DNA of 64,000 nt from positions 87,978,001 to 88,042,000 of the forward strand of contig NC_058368.1 in NCBI RefSeq assembly GCF_018350175.1, given 5' to 3'. Of the stretch, positions 61,467-64,000 are shown in pieces (within the stretch, counting starts at the first letter, position 1; each line of letters opens with the position of its first letter). The position numbers and the translations under genes were made by a program. The notes beneath the pieces are model-generated. The model searched no databases. It had not been told where the DNA came from and was given only the letters and a program-made list of their open reading frames with translations. This DNA is from Felis catus (lineage: Eukaryota).

Positions 61467-62912
61467 ACAAGGCTTCTTGCAGGCACACACTTAATCCAAA
61501 ATTCATATGGAAAGGCGCAGGCCCTAGAAGGCCTAAACATCTTGAAAAAGAAGGTAAAAGAACCGTTGTGCCTGACGTCCAGCACACGTGCAGCCACAGG
61601 AATCAAGAGGCGTGGTGTGGCAGACAGCCACACAGATGAGCGGGATGGGGCACACACGGGGGCCCACATGGGGATCCACGCAGACATGCCCTCCTGGCCC
61701 CTGTCAGTGGTGCAAACACAACCCAAGGGAGGAGCCTTTTCAACAGATGGTGCTGGGCACCTTCCCACAAATCCCACACCTCATGTTTGCCAAACTGGTT
61801 CAAACCATGGACCTAAACACACAACAGAAACTGTAAAGATCTTGGAGAAAACCTTCAGAATCTAGGGCCTCGGCAAAGAGCTCCTGCACCTGACCCCAGA
61901 AGTGTGATACGTAAAAGGTAGAGTGGACATCAATACACCACGATGGGGCGTTTACCCACAGAGGGTAAAACACTGATCAGAAAAGACAAATGCACCCCTG
62001 TGTCTTGTGCAGTAGTGTTTATGACAGACAAGAAGTGGAGGCAGCCCAAGGGTCTATCCACAGAGGGATGGATACATCAGACAGTGCAATAGTATGCAGC
62101 CACAAAAAAGGATGAGATCTCACCATCTGCAAGGACACGGATGGAGCCAGAGTGTAATATGTTAAGTGAAATAAGTCAGACAGAGACAGACAAATACCAT
62201 ACGACTTCATGCCTACACAGAATTTGAGAAACAAACAAAAAACAGAAACAGAACCACAAATACAGAGAACACACAGACAGCTGCCAGAGGGGAGGGGAAA
62301 ATGGGTGAAGGGAAGTGGGAGATCCAGGCTTCCTGTATGGCACGAGTAAGTCACAGGGATGAAAGGCACAGCACAGAGAACAGTCAGTGGCTCTGTGGTA
62401 GTGTGGGTGGGGTGAGGAACACAGTGTAAGGGGCAGAGGAGCTGGATCAGTGTGGCACACAGCTGAGGCCAATGTAACACTAAGTGCCAACTACACTTTG
62501 GTGAAAAATAAATATGCTAAACAAATGAATCAACAAATACATGAGAGGTGAGGGAGAGAAGGGGCATTACTACAGGCCCCACGGACGTTAGAGGATAACA
62601 AGAATATGGTGCACAACCCTGTGCCCCAAAGCTGATAACCCAGGTATAACAGGCCAATTGCCTGACATGCCACCTGCCAACAACCTCTGAAGGACAAATA
62701 GCACAAATGGGCCTCTATCTACTGGGAGCTAACAACCTTCCACGACAGAAAGCACCAGGCCCAGTGGGGTTCATGGGTGAATTCCACCACACATCTCGGG
62801 GAGAAACAACACCACCTCCGCAGCCTGTCAGGAGGCAGAGCACGAAGACACCTCCTACCTCATCTGTGAGGCCAGCATTGCCCTAAGGCCAAAAGCAACG
62901 GAAACTATAAAC
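61467..62912 (+). mobile_element. Old L1 ORF2 fragments with a nested L1MA-like 3' end (about 61925-62510)
   Basis: ccaaaattcatatggaaagg, atgttaagtgaaataagtcagacagag and gaaagcaccaggcccagtggggttcatgggtgaattccacc. Confidence 0.72.
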
Positions 62913-62914
62913 CA

Positions 62915-63100
62915 GGGGCGCCTGGGTGGCTCGGTCGCTTAAGTGTCCGACTGCGGCTCAGGTCATGATCTCACAGTTCGTGGGTTCCGGCCCCATGTCA
63001 GGCTCTGTGCTGACAGCATGACATTCTCTCTCTCCGGCCCTCCCCCGCTCATGCACATGCGCACTGTTTCTCTCTCTCAAAGTAAATTTAAAAAATAAAA
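62915..63100 (+). mobile_element. CAN-SINE with TSD gaaactataaac
   Basis: Canonical head and TSD. Confidence 0.92.
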
Positions 63101-64000
63101 TGAAACTATAAACTACTATTGTCTCCACAACAGAGATGCCAAAAAACAAGGAAATAAAAAAGGAAGCACTGATAATTGCACCAGGTCAAAACCTAAAGCT
63201 TCTGTTGTGTGCAAGGATGGCAGGTCTAGCTATCCAGGGAGAAAGTATCTGCAAACCACAGCCGACCCTCATTCCTCTGGCCTCTGTAGGTGCAAGTTGG
63301 CCCGCTGGTCCGGTGTGTCTGTGACCCCTTATCAGTCGTCCTTGCGTATAGGCTCAGAGCGGTGAGACCGAGCTGGGGCGGGTGCTTTGTCCCACACTGA
63401 AACCAGTGTCCTCTTCCCCGTCTAAGGTGGTTGGCTCAGGGCCATGCCGCCTGCATTTCTGGACCTTTGCTGGTGGTTTCCCTACTCACACTGCCCGGGA
63501 GCGCGGAGGATGCAGAGCCGTCTGGTGGTCCTCAGTGCAAGAAGGCCACCCTGGGCCTTATCCGCTGACTGCGGGTCAGGTAGTGTTGTGCCTGACATCA
63601 GGCGTCCGTGAACCAAGCGCACAGCATGCCAAGTTGCCTACTGATGGGCCATGGTCCCCCAGGAGCAAGGTGGCAGTATCTGCGGCACCTGCCGCAGGTC
63701 GTGAGTACCCTTGGCCTCGGACAAGGGAGGAGGGCCTCTACCCCAGTGCCGAGGAGGCGTTCCACCAGTGAATGCACCCAGGAGCCGCGGGGGAAGTTCA
63801 GACCAAAACCAGCACCACACACCTATGGGGGCAGCTAGAACACTCCTCGCCCCCGGATGCTGGGCAGGAGGCAGGAAACGGGGTCCCCCCCCCACCCCCC
63901 CGGAGCGCACTGCGGTGCAGCAGTGCTGGGAAAACGTGCAACTCCTGGGACAATAAGCTTGCCTCCACCACCACGTAAGGCAGCCTGGCCTCTCCCGGGC

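Noticed and set aside
4285-63100. tRNA-like A/B-box sequences
   Set aside because: They are heads of tRNA-derived CAN-SINEs, not tRNA genes.
60480-64000. Possible 3' end of the upstream neighbour gene (IBA57 in human synteny)
   Set aside because: No coding sequence or convincing terminal exon is recognisable within the window.

Overview
Mammalian genomic DNA, almost certainly a felid or feliform carnivore, judged from SINEC_Fc-type CAN-SINEs and a carnivore/felid L1. The window holds the 5' part of OBSCN (obscurin) on the minus strand. It has a probable non-coding first exon and muscle-type promoter near 36.7-36.85 kb. Eleven coding exons follow from the ATG at 33548 down to 1415. All have GT-AG boundaries and phase-1 junctions, and together they total 3742 nt (about 1247 codons): Ig1-3, Ig, Ig, FnIII, three more Ig domains, then four near-identical 276-bp tandem Ig exons. 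The gene continues beyond position 1. Positions 1-24.3 kb are AT-rich introns inflated by L1, SINE, MaLR and Tigger insertions. Positions 24.3-38.6 kb are GC-rich, with a CpG island over the first coding exon. Positions 38.6-64 kb are upstream intergenic DNA full of L1, SINE, LTR and hAT remnants, several unusual minisatellites and a possible decayed RPLP1 retrocopy. I found no evidence for a wholly new gene system. The most interesting signals are exon-restricted homogenisation with CpG-driven drift of the tandem Ig exons inside an older exon+intron duplication, a 1-kb frame-preserving hexamer repeat abutting an MLT2 LTR, and several nested or odd transposon junctions. Exon coordinates were read base by base; repeat coordinates and subfamily names are approximate, from recognition rather than a RepeatMasker run.
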